In this document: positions 36,553-45,382 of the stretch, piece after piece
Layout of the letters: every line of letters starts with the position of its first letter
Position numbering within the stretch: position 1 is the stretch's first letter
Source: Dehalococcoidia bacterium
GTDB taxonomy: Bacteria; Chloroflexota; Dehalococcoidia; GIF9; AB-539-J10
Direction: 5' to 3'
Assembly (NCBI GenBank): GCA_021162545.1
Contig: JAGGYM010000058.1
Span: forward strand, 1-57,712
DNA length: 57,712 bases
The notes under the pieces: generated by a model
Told to the model about the DNA's origin: nothing
Database searches by the model: none
The model's input: only the letters and a program-made list of their open reading frames with translations
Position numbers and translations under genes: made by a program

Positions 36553-37134
36553 TTAGTCCTCAAAGATTTCCCTAGGCTCGTAGGTTTCCTGTCCTTCAAA
36601 AGTGAGGTAATCCAACTCCTTAAAGTTATGGACACGAGCCACGACATTCCGGGGGAATCGCCTTGTTCTCTCGTTATATCGTTGGGCGACCTGGTTATAT
36701 TCCAATCTGGTCTTGCGGAGCCTTCGCTCTACTTCAGAATCCCTTTCCATCAGAGAGATGTGCATTTGATCAGCTTTGAGGACTGGATACCTTTCAAATA
36801 CGGCCTGAAGCTTCAGATAGTTATTCTCTACCTCAGAAGCGAGCTTGACCTTTTCATTAAGGTCTGTATCTTTTGTCCATCTGCTTCTGGCTTCGATAAC
36901 GTCCCTCAATGCTTTATATTCATGGACATCATACTTCTTTGCTATTTGTGCCAGTGCATGAACATTATCCAGCCTCTCCTGCATAATTACGTCAACATCT
37001 GCAAATTTCCGTTGGGCCCTTGTGATCCAGTACTGGAACTTATTGTAAATGCCTATCCATGACTTGCCCAAAATCCCGAGTGCTATCGCGATGATGATAC
37101 CAACCACCAGCCAGATTATTGTTGCTACTGACAT
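36553..37134 (-). CDS. LemA family protein (divergent second copy)
   Basis: N-terminal TM, YN, ADVDVIMQER, HE, ERYPVLKAD, YNQ, FP.N.VA. Confidence 0.85.
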   Translation of the reverse strand: MSVATIIWLVVGIIIAIALGILGKSWIGIYNKFQYWITRAQRKFADVDVIMQERLDNVHALAQIAKKYDVHEYKALRDVIEARSRWTKDTDLNEKVKLASEVENNYLKLQAVFERYPVLKADQMHISLMERDSEVERRLRKTRLEYNQVAQRYNERTRRFPRNVVARVHNFKELDYLTFEGQETYEPREIFED

Positions 37135-37144
37135 AACTCACCTC

Positions 37145-37315
37145 CTAGACTGAGAAATAGTCCTTATTGCTGAGCTTTTTTGGCTTAATTTCAGCTTCAA
37201 AATAGCAAATCATCTGCTTAATTGCCTCTTGCTTAGTATTGAGGTCATGCACCAGTTTATATACCTCGACAATCTTATCCTCTTCTTTTGATAGGTCTAT
37301 TTGAATCTTAGCCAT
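37145..37315 (-). CDS. Small ribbon-helix-helix / DUF2683-like protein (56 aa; not in ORF track)
   Basis: MAKIQIDLSKEEDKIVEVYKLVHDLNTKQEAIKQMICYFEAEIKPKKLSNKDYFSV*. Alternating beta-strand followed by two helices. GGGAG SD; its stop overlaps the LemA SD (TAGGAGGTGA). Confidence 0.7.
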   Translation of the reverse strand: MAKIQIDLSKEEDKIVEVYKLVHDLNTKQEAIKQMICYFEAEIKPKKLSNKDYFSV

Positions 37316-37360
37316 ATTCCCACTCCCTTACGAGCAATTTATATACGTTATCTACTTATA

Positions 37361-37415
37361 ATATGCTATAATACCTTGATATATTATATCATAGCATATC
37401 ATTTTTATTATGCAA
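37361..37415 (-). promoter_or_regulatory. Promoter with overlapping inverted-repeat operator
   Basis: Minus strand TTGCAT-16 bp-TATGAT. Inverted repeat ATATGCTAT (37361-69) / ATAGCATAT (37391-99). Confidence 0.5.
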
Positions 37416-37612
37416 GAGGTCTTGGCCTGCCCATCCTGGAAATAGGACCACCTTGAATGCGCGGCTCCTGTTAGGATTTCACAACCACAGGCTATTGCCC
37501 AAGCCTGGCGGCAGGGGTACAATGACTATTGTAGGGGCACCCTTCCAAATCCTTGACAATAGAACAAATTGTTTCAATCCACCAGCTATATTCTGTCTGG
37601 GATGTCATTCGA

Positions 37613-38254
37613 CTACTTGTTCTTGAGTTTCCTCTGGTACTTGTCGGTAAAGCGGTTCTTTCTATAGACAAAAGTTCGGCCTTTGAGTTGTTTGCCAGCG
37701 TTAAAATCTCTGATGCGTTCTTTTACCCACCCAGAGAGGTCTTTGTAATCTACATCATGCCACTCGTGATCCTTAACCACTTGCGTTTTAGAAGATCCAA
37801 TAGCCTCTCCGTTGGTTTGGTCCTCGGCGAACTGTGGTTTGCCTACTCCAGCTTGCTCTCCCGCTAGATGGTAACCAACTGCGCTCAGCAGTACAGGAAG
37901 GTGCTTTGCAATCGGCGGAGGGAAACCATCCAACCACTGGGGGGTAGATAGGAAAAACGCCAATTCTTCAGGCATAATGTCTTCTGTGCGAAATGGGATT
38001 ATTGGGATACTTTTAGTTCTCGCCATTGCAACTTCCTGACCTACGCCCTCCGCCACATCAGCGTTGTGTGAGAATATGAGAACTAACAGACGGCTTTCTT
38101 TGAGTGCCTTAGCTAGTTGAGTGTGATATCCAACGCCGGGGATTAATTCTGCATCGATGAAGCATTCGATTCCGTTCTGCTCCAAGTATTCGTGAACTTC
38201 ACGCGCGATTCCCGCATCTTTCTTAGCATAACTGATAAAAATATCATGGCTCAT
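37613..38254 (-). CDS. TIR domain protein (TIR_2) with an unassigned basic C-terminal domain
   Basis: HDIFISY, CFID, LVLIFS, QEV (catalytic Glu position), PIIPFR, QWLD. Confidence 0.88.
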   Translation of the reverse strand: MSHDIFISYAKKDAGIAREVHEYLEQNGIECFIDAELIPGVGYHTQLAKALKESRLLVLIFSHNADVAEGVGQEVAMARTKSIPIIPFRTEDIMPEELAFFLSTPQWLDGFPPPIAKHLPVLLSAVGYHLAGEQAGVGKPQFAEDQTNGEAIGSSKTQVVKDHEWHDVDYKDLSGWVKERIRDFNAGKQLKGRTFVYRKNRFTDKYQRKLKNK

Positions 38255-38366
38255 GGCAACATTAGTAGCACAATCAATGTCATATCATAATCTTTCTGTA
38301 AAAGCTCTTACGCAGGCACCTCCAGCGTTAAGCATTCTACACCGCTACCAAATCCTTTTCAATCTT

Positions 38367-38618
38367 TGGAGTGAACCCCTGAAACTGGACACTCCAGGTC
38401 AGGGAGGTTGGGCAGGATAGAGACCTGTCCCCTTTTCTATACCAGTTGCAGTGAGAGTTTCTCAATTGACGGCCTCTCCGGCCATGGCAAACTCCATGGA
38501 AGTAAGGCTGCACACTCCATCAGAAAGGTCAATTTGCTTCAGGTCAAGCGGGGTATTGGGATCTTGCTACCTCCGCACAGGTTTACCCAAGAGATGTCCT
38601 GACTTTCTCCCTGCACAA
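38367..38618. mobile_element. Orphan IS ends / remnants (IS3-like end at 38367; another TG-terminated end near 38618)
   Basis: TGGAGTGAACCCCTGAAACTGGACAC resembles IS3-family termini; no transposase ORF. Confidence 0.35.
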
Positions 38619-38979
38619 TGTTGGCGGGCACCTAAAACCGGCCAGGGAAGGGCACCTCAAAAGCGGCCACTTAAGCAAGTAGACTGTGGCACACTTCATC
38701 GTAAAAGCAATGGAGGTGCCAGTGGGAAATCATCTTAAGATGGCTGACAAGCAACGGATACAGGCACTACTTGAACTTGGCTGGAGCTATCGCCGAATTC
38801 AACGGGAGACCGAGCTACGTCGGGAGGCGGTAGCCAGGTATGACTCCCGGCGAAATCCAAAAGCGGCCAAAGTGCCCACCGGCTCGGCAATCGCCTGTGA
38901 GCCGTACCGCGGCATCATTAAGGCGGCGATAGAGCAGGGACTGAGCGCCCAGCATATCTGGCAGGACCTTCAGGAATAT
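38619..38979 (+). mobile_element. istA: IS21-family remnant: left end plus truncated istA
   Basis: TGTTGGCGGGCACCTAAAACCGGCCA-GGGAA-GGGCACCTCAAAAGCGGCCAC repeated terminal motifs; N-terminal HTH frame NHLKMADKQRIQALLELGWSYRRIQRET...GLSAQHIWQDL. Confidence 0.8.
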
Positions 38980-39112
38980 TGAGGTGGTTCCCAAATTTTG
39001 GACAGGTTGTTAAGTGTAGGTTCTGCCCCTTTAGGAGAAACGGGCTACACAACCGTAGGAGAAAGCAGGAAGCCTCTCATCGTAGGTGGCACTAAAAACG
39101 GAGAATACCTCA
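38980..39112. mobile_element. 133-bp MITE-like, internally deleted IS3-family element
   Basis: Begins TGAGGTGGTTCCCAAATTTTGGAC and ends GTGGCACTAAAAACGGAGAATACCTCA (imperfect IRs, both TGAGGT); coincides with the istA truncation. Confidence 0.55.
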
Positions 39113-39226
39113 ACGGGACAATCATATTTCTATGTTGGATCTCAGAGAATGTGGAAAGCACGCTAAAACAGGGACACTCCACGGTGGTCTGCTATATAAA
39201 TACGGGAAACAGGGAGGTGATGGCTA

Positions 39227-39772
39227 ATGAACACATAACAGTTATTCAGTGAAATTGATTGTTATTTTCTAGCAAAGCGCGACTACATCCAGCAATTTAC
39301 TTCCTCGGAGCGTCAGGTAGAGGGATGGTTCAAGGGTGAACTGATTCATCTTTTCACTTCCCTACAAGCTAAAGGGGAATTGGAGGGGTGGGAACCCGAA
39401 GTTGTGATACCAGGACTCGGCAAAAAGAAGGTGGACTTCAGGGTAAAGTTGGACAATGGCTTTGCTTGGCTAGAACTTAAGAGCTTATATCATGGACAGC
39501 AACGAGAACAACCGATTGACCTCGGGATATATTTTTACAAGGATAGTGTGGGTATCTGGGGTGATGTGCAAAAACTGGCGTCTGTTGAGGGAGGCCATGG
39601 CTACTGCATTATGTTCATATACCCCAAACCAGAGGTGGCCCGATGGCAAAAACTTCTAACGAAATACAGAAAGCTGATAGGGAATTACACGTTCCAAGAA
39701 AAAAGCAACATGTCCCAGTTTCCAAGTGGTCTTTACATTGCCAAGATTGAGATAGCGCAAGGTAGCAACTAG
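39227..39772 (+). pseudogene. PD-(D/E)XK nuclease-like protein interrupted by a nonsense codon
   Basis: GGAGGTGA SD, ATG AAC ACA TAA, then an open frame QLFSEID...EGWFKGE...KKVDF...WLELK to 39772. Confidence 0.6.
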
Positions 39773-39948
39773 TACATCGGTTGGATTATATTGTGTAGTG
39801 TCTCTGTTTTAAGCGCTCTAGATTTTGTTGGTTTTTATCACACAATAGCCCAGAATGTTGAGCCTGCGATAGTAAGGTTACCTACAATACAGGGAAATCG
39901 CCCTGTTTTTCTTAAAATGATAACCGCCTTCTGATATGATTAAGCAGA

Positions 39949-41250
39949 ATGAAGCTGACGGTTCACCGGGGCACGCACGAGATTGGCGGAAGCTGTGTTG
40001 AGTTGTGCTCCAACTCCGAGAGGGCACGAATAGTCATCGATGTTGGTATGCCTCTGGTAACATCGAATGGGTCACCGTTCGAATGGCGCCACTATAAAGA
40101 CCTCTCTCAAGAGCAGCTTCTGGAGCATAAGATACTTCCTTCAGTTGATGGGTTATACAGTCACCAGAAACCTTCTGTTTCCGCCGTGGTACTCTCCCAT
40201 GCACACCAGGACCACTATGGATTTTTCCGCTTCATCCACCCGGATATCCCGCTGTATATGAGTCTCGGTACAGAAAGCCTTGTAGAGATTTCCAATCTAT
40301 TCCTTGGCACCGGGGTCAACCTTGACCAGGCACAAGTATTTACTATGTGGCAGCCATTTCAAGTGGAAGAATTCACTATCACTCCATACTTGATGGATCA
40401 CTCGGCGCCGGACGCTGCTGCATTTCTCATTGAGGCCGACGGGCAACGTTTATTCTACACCGGTGACTTTCGCGGCCATGGCCGCAAGCAGGTGCTGCTT
40501 GAAAGACTACTTGAGAATCCTATATCTAATGTAGATTGCCTGATAATGGAAGGCTCAATGATTGGCAGAGAGAAAGGCCAGTATCATGATGAGGTTGCTG
40601 TAGAGAGAGCAATTCATAATATTATCGCTGAACAGCAGTCTTATACTTTTGTTTTCTGCTCGTCTCAAAATCTGGATAGGCTGGTATCGATTTATCGTGC
40701 GGTCAAGCGGGCTGGCAAGATGCTTGTCATCGACCTTTACACAGCCTTCGTCCTAGATAAACTAGGTTCCATTTCGTCTAACATCCCACAATTTGACTGG
40801 GGAGAGATCCGCGTACTCTACGCATATTCCCATGCACGCAAGCTGGCGGAATATGACAAAAAGCTACTCTACAAATATAAGCAGGCCAAAATCGGATGGG
40901 AAGAAATACAGGCGACTCCACAAGATATGGTGATTCTTAGCAAGGACAACTTTTACTTCCGTAGAATAATCCTTCCGAAACTGGGAGCAGGCGGTGGAGC
41001 CAGGGCAATTTACTCTATGTGGCATGGATATCTAGAAAGGGCAGACTTGCCACAATTCCTTTCATTCCACAATATTGATCTGATAGAAATCCATACCAGT
41101 GGGCATGCATATGTCGAAGATCTCAAAAAACTAGCCTGTACCTTAAATCCCCGTTGTCTTGTACCTATTCATACCTTCTATCCGGAGCAGTATGGAAGCC
41201 TGTACAAGAATATCGTTCAGTTGGACGATGGCCAGATCTATTATTTGTGA
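39949..41250 (+). CDS. Metallo-beta-lactamase/beta-CASP hydrolase (RNase J-like)
   Basis: EIGGSC, SHAHQDH, DHS, YTGDFR, HTSGH, PIHT. Confidence 0.9.
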   Translation: MKLTVHRGTHEIGGSCVELCSNSERARIVIDVGMPLVTSNGSPFEWRHYKDLSQEQLLEHKILPSVDGLYSHQKPSVSAVVLSHAHQDHYGFFRFIHPDIPLYMSLGTESLVEISNLFLGTGVNLDQAQVFTMWQPFQVEEFTITPYLMDHSAPDAAAFLIEADGQRLFYTGDFRGHGRKQVLLERLLENPISNVDCLIMEGSMIGREKGQYHDEVAVERAIHNIIAEQQSYTFVFCSSQNLDRLVSIYRAVKRAGKMLVIDLYTAFVLDKLGSISSNIPQFDWGEIRVLYAYSHARKLAEYDKKLLYKYKQAKIGWEEIQATPQDMVILSKDNFYFRRIILPKLGAGGGARAIYSMWHGYLERADLPQFLSFHNIDLIEIHTSGHAYVEDLKKLACTLNPRCLVPIHTFYPEQYGSLYKNIVQLDDGQIYYL

Positions 41251-41274
41251 GGTAATTTGTAAGGAGGCAGCAAA

Positions 41275-42156
41275 ATGGAGCAGGCGATGGTTATCAAGCA
41301 CTATCTGGAACTAGATGCGGAGCGATGGAAGAAGACAAAGAGGGATCTCCTGCCATTAGTGAGACTTATCAACAACTCCGGGGGAGAATACAGCCTTCAA
41401 CTTCGCGAAGGCTACTTCAACATCTATTATCAGGGCAATTCACTTGCACTGGTCAGACCAAATAAAAATGGGACTTATACCGCCTCTATACACAATAAAT
41501 TTGCTCGGGATGAAACGTTAGAGAAGCTGAAACGATACTCGTCTTCTCAACATGCAGGGAATCACAATAAATATGTATCTTTCACTATTCGGCCTCAGAA
41601 TCTTCACCAGTTCTTTCAGAAGAGCAATATCAACAGCCTGAGTAGTAAAATACGGGCAGTGCACAACGGGGAAGAAATAACCTCTGAGCAGGTCTTAATC
41701 ACTGACAACCCACCATCCAGGAAATTCATCATCATTGACCGCCAGGTAGCAGACCATGTTAACAGAGCCCAGATAGACTTACTGGCACTCAGGAGGGATT
41801 CAGCAGACAAACCTTTCCACTTCCTGATTATTGAAGTAAAGCAGGGAAGAAACCCTGAGCTTCATGAGAAGGTCGGCAGGCAACTGAGCGGGTATGTTGA
41901 CCACATCAGAAAGTACATAAAGGACTATGTCGCCTGCTATAAAGAGAACTATCGACAAAAGAAGGAACTCGGTCTTTTCGATTCCAGCTTGCCGGACACC
42001 ATCGACATCGATGTTGAGGAGGAAACGGTGGAAGGAATGGTAGTCGCCTGTGGGTACTCACAGCTCGGAAAGGAGGCTATCAAGAATCTTCGTCAAAAGA
42101 TGACGGAAAACAAGTGGGTTTTCAAGGTGGAGCAACCAAAGCTGACATTACGCTGA
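41275..42156 (+). CDS. Hypothetical protein with PD-(D/E)XK nuclease-like motif
   Basis: QIDLLAL...LIIEVK.G motif; N-terminal LQLREGYFNIYYQGNSL; AAGGAGG SD; 24 bp after the MBL gene. Confidence 0.6.
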   Translation: MEQAMVIKHYLELDAERWKKTKRDLLPLVRLINNSGGEYSLQLREGYFNIYYQGNSLALVRPNKNGTYTASIHNKFARDETLEKLKRYSSSQHAGNHNKYVSFTIRPQNLHQFFQKSNINSLSSKIRAVHNGEEITSEQVLITDNPPSRKFIIIDRQVADHVNRAQIDLLALRRDSADKPFHFLIIEVKQGRNPELHEKVGRQLSGYVDHIRKYIKDYVACYKENYRQKKELGLFDSSLPDTIDIDVEEETVEGMVVACGYSQLGKEAIKNLRQKMTENKWVFKVEQPKLTLR

Positions 42157-42301
42157 GTAACAAAGATTGCTGCTAAAAGCCCATGGCAACCCGGCCGAAA
42201 GGGGAGCAGCAGGCGCTGCAGAAATACAGCAAGACAGCAATGCATAAATGCGAGCCCGAGGCATAAGAAAAATCGGGCCGTGCCGGGGGAGTCCGTGCGT
42301 C

Positions 42302-42331
42302 TTGAAAAGAGTTCGAGTTACAGGATATACT
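42302..42331 (+). promoter_or_regulatory. Sigma70-type promoter for the CBS / ATP synthase operon
   Basis: TTGAAA-18 bp-TATACT. Confidence 0.45.
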
Positions 42332-42361
42332 TTACAATCTAGCTGCTGAAGGAGAGAAATC

Positions 42362-43030
42362 ATGTTTATACGTGATGTGATGAAGGCCGATGTGATTACC
42401 GTAACGAGCGATACCAGCGTCTATGATGCTCGTGAAGCCATGCGCTCGCACAGAATTGAACGCCTGCCCATAATGGATGAAGGAAAACTGGTGGGCATAT
42501 TGACCAAGCATGAAGTGCTGAAGGCTTTGCCCCCCCCGGGCATGGCCCGGAGCATCTGGGAATATAGCCTTATTTTGCACAAAACGAAGGTAAAGGATCT
42601 CATGAAGACCCCGGTAGTTACAGCCGATCCCGACATGACCGTGGAGGACGCCGTATCCCTGGCCCAACGGGAGAAAATCGGTTGTCTTGTCATTATGAAG
42701 GACAATAAGCTGGCAGGCATCGTCACTACCAATGATTTCTTTTACAAAATTCTTAACCCGCTGCTCGGCATAGGAATGAGCGGGGTACGCCTGTATGTTC
42801 ACCAGTGCGATGATGCCAGGAGCATGCAGGACGTTCTGGAATCCATTGCCAGACATGGCATGGGTATAGTGAGCGTGCATTCTCTTCCTTCAGCTGTGGC
42901 AAACAGGCATGACCTGGTTGTCCATCTGGACGCGGAAGATGCCAGCCAGGTCGTGACGGAACTTGAAGGCAAGGGCTATTCAATCGAATTGCGCTCACAC
43001 CACGCTGGAGGTAGCCTGAACAAAATTTAG
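42362..43030 (+). CDS. CBS-pair plus ACT-like domain protein (AcuB-like)
   Basis: Two CBS repeats (RLPIMDEGKLVGILT; IGCLVIMKDNKLAGIVT) and a C-terminal ACT-like region. Confidence 0.85.
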   Translation: MFIRDVMKADVITVTSDTSVYDAREAMRSHRIERLPIMDEGKLVGILTKHEVLKALPPPGMARSIWEYSLILHKTKVKDLMKTPVVTADPDMTVEDAVSLAQREKIGCLVIMKDNKLAGIVTTNDFFYKILNPLLGIGMSGVRLYVHQCDDARSMQDVLESIARHGMGIVSVHSLPSAVANRHDLVVHLDAEDASQVVTELEGKGYSIELRSHHAGGSLNKI

Positions 43031-43058
43031 CGGCAATACCCAGGGAGACATTATTGTT

Positions 43059-43373
43059 ATGGAAAACATTGCTAGTGGTGTAAAATCTCTGGAAGCTGAA
43101 GCTGAAAAGATAATCGAGGAAGCTAAAGCCGGTGCTCATGACATCCTTCTCCGCTCCAGGAAAGAAGCAGAAGAGATTCTTTCCGCTGAATTTCCACTGG
43201 ATGATGCCAGGGCGGAGTGCGATAGGATTGTGGCCGGAGCTAGAGAAGAGGCAGAGAACAGGGTAGAGCTTTCCAAAGAGAAAACTTCTGAAATCAGCAC
43301 CAATGCCAACAAGAAAATAGAAAAAATTGTGGAACGGATAGTGGATATTATCATTGGGACAGAGTCAGCGTGA
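43059..43373 (+). CDS. A/V-type ATP synthase subunit H/G (peripheral stalk)
   Basis: Glu/Ala/Lys coiled coil; first gene before subunit I. Confidence 0.8.
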   Translation: MENIASGVKSLEAEAEKIIEEAKAGAHDILLRSRKEAEEILSAEFPLDDARAECDRIVAGAREEAENRVELSKEKTSEISTNANKKIEKIVERIVDIIIGTESA

Positions 43374-45367
43374 TACCTTTAATCGTTAATACACCTGATC
43401 CTATGCTCAGGGTCAGAGTGGTGAGCACCAGGGACAGCACCGATACGGTGCTGAAAACTTTACATAAAGTTGGCACCCTGCACATTGAAGAGAGCACGGA
43501 ACTGAAGCCCATCGACAGGAAGGCCATCGACCAGGAAAGGGGAGAAATTTCCGAATTGCTGGCGGGCATTGAAGAGGTACTGGCCTGTATTCCTGCGGGA
43601 GAGAGCGTATCTCCGGGCCAGGACGTTGAAGTTATCTATACCAGGCCCTTTACTGAAGTGGACAGCGAAATAAGGATGCTCTGCACCAGGCTTGTTAAGA
43701 TGCACCGGCAATACTCCAGGCTTGAGGGAGAAAGTGAACGGCTGGCTAGCCTGAAGAAACGTCTGAGTTCCCTGGAACAACCGCCGGACGCCAGGCTGGG
43801 GGATTTGAATTTTTGCGGAAGTTATCTTTTTTCCGGAGTCTTTGCAATTCCCGTCGAGCTGTATGAAACCCTGCATGCCAGGGTTAAGGATTACCCGTTT
43901 GAAGATATTGCAGCCACGGTTGGAAACGAGACGGTCTTTTATCTTATAGCTAGAACCAGGGACAAAGAATTTATAGAAGCTACGGTTAGGGAGATGAGAG
44001 GCGAAGTTCTTGAAATACCGGACGAAGATTTGAGTCTGGGGGAATTCTTTCAATCGGTTGAGGACAAAATCAGCGGTCTTATGGAAGAGTCCTCGAAGCT
44101 TTATGGTGAGATCGTAGCTGCAACCAGAGAGAACCTGGAGAAACTGGTCCTCTTCAGAGAAGCGCTGTCGGCGGAAAGCGAAAAACTGTCAGCCCTGGAG
44201 AAAGCATGTGCAGCGAAATATGTCACCTTAATCGAGGGGTGGTTCCCCGAAGCCAGCGGGGAGGCCGCGATTTCAGAAGTCAGGCAAAATACAGAGTATG
44301 TCTTTATCGATACCAGGAAACCGGAGCCGTCGGAAGAACCTCCTACCAGGCAGAGGAACGCCCGCGGGCTCAAGCCGTTCCAGGTCATCGTAAACTTATT
44401 TGCAATTCCCAAATACAGGGAATGGGACCCCACGCCGGTAATAGCTTTTTCCTTTGCCCTTTTCTTTGGCCTGATGCTGGGCGATGTGGTTTATGCTCTC
44501 ATTGTAATGTTGTTTGCCTATAAGGGCTTGCGCTTCTTCGTTGACGATCCTGATAGTGAAGGCGTCAGGTTGTTTCAGAGAATACTCTATATCAGCAGCG
44601 GCGTGGCGCTGGTCATCGGCTTGCTCACAGGAAGTTATATGGGGAATATTTATGCCTTCTTCGGCATTGAAAGTCTGGCGCTTTCCGAAGGGGTAGAGCA
44701 ACTACTTGGCAACCCCCTGTCGTTCATAGTGCTCTCATTGTTCATAGGTCTCATTCATGTGAATACAGCTCACGTGCTGGCACTTATCGCGGGGATAAGG
44801 AAAAAAGAAAAAGGAATAATACCCGGTAAGGCAGGCATATTTATCCTGCAGCTCGCGGGAATACCCTGGACTATGCATTCCTTGCTCGGAGTTGATATCC
44901 CCCTGCTGACAGCACCGGTTTATTCTGCTTTGCTGTATGCTGTGGGTTTGGGCGTGATATTGATCGTTGCATCTTCCATTATGCAGAAGGGCATATTCCT
45001 GGGGAGCATCTTCTGGCTGTTTGATATTACCGGCATCCTGGGGGATGTCATGTCGTATTGCCGGCTGGCAGGGGTAGGTTTGGCTACATATTACCTGGCG
45101 TTCTGTTTTAACATGATGGCAACTTTGATATCAGGGATGATGCCTGAAGGAATAGTGCGACTAATTGCCGGCAGTTTAATATTCATTGTGATTTTGCTTA
45201 TTGGACATGCACTTAACCTGGTTCTCGCTGGAATTTGCTGTTTCGTCCACTCTCTCAGGTTGTGCTTTGTGGAGTTCCTGATGAAGTTTTATGAAGGGGG
45301 TGGTAGAGAATACAGTCCATTCCATCTGAGGAAGCGAGTATTTGTGCCGGCCAGAGGAAGAGCTTAG
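43370..45367 (+). CDS. atpI: A/V-type ATP synthase subunit I (a)
   Basis: EGW, PKYREWDP, FFGLMLGD, GDVMSYCRL (essential Arg), HSLRLCFVEF. Confidence 0.93.
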   Translation: MIPLIVNTPDPMLRVRVVSTRDSTDTVLKTLHKVGTLHIEESTELKPIDRKAIDQERGEISELLAGIEEVLACIPAGESVSPGQDVEVIYTRPFTEVDSEIRMLCTRLVKMHRQYSRLEGESERLASLKKRLSSLEQPPDARLGDLNFCGSYLFSGVFAIPVELYETLHARVKDYPFEDIAATVGNETVFYLIARTRDKEFIEATVREMRGEVLEIPDEDLSLGEFFQSVEDKISGLMEESSKLYGEIVAATRENLEKLVLFREALSAESEKLSALEKACAAKYVTLIEGWFPEASGEAAISEVRQNTEYVFIDTRKPEPSEEPPTRQRNARGLKPFQVIVNLFAIPKYREWDPTPVIAFSFALFFGLMLGDVVYALIVMLFAYKGLRFFVDDPDSEGVRLFQRILYISSGVALVIGLLTGSYMGNIYAFFGIESLALSEGVEQLLGNPLSFIVLSLFIGLIHVNTAHVLALIAGIRKKEKGIIPGKAGIFILQLAGIPWTMHSLLGVDIPLLTAPVYSALLYAVGLGVILIVASSIMQKGIFLGSIFWLFDITGILGDVMSYCRLAGVGLATYYLAFCFNMMATLISGMMPEGIVRLIAGSLIFIVILLIGHALNLVLAGICCFVHSLRLCFVEFLMKFYEGGGREYSPFHLRKRVFVPARGRA

Positions 45368-45382
45368 AGTGGAGTATAGAGA

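Noticed and set aside
42180-42300. Possible c-di-GMP-I riboswitch (GGCAAC...CCGAAAGG)
   Set aside because: Lacks the GACGCAAA segment and a proper P2/P3, and lies upstream of the predicted promoter.
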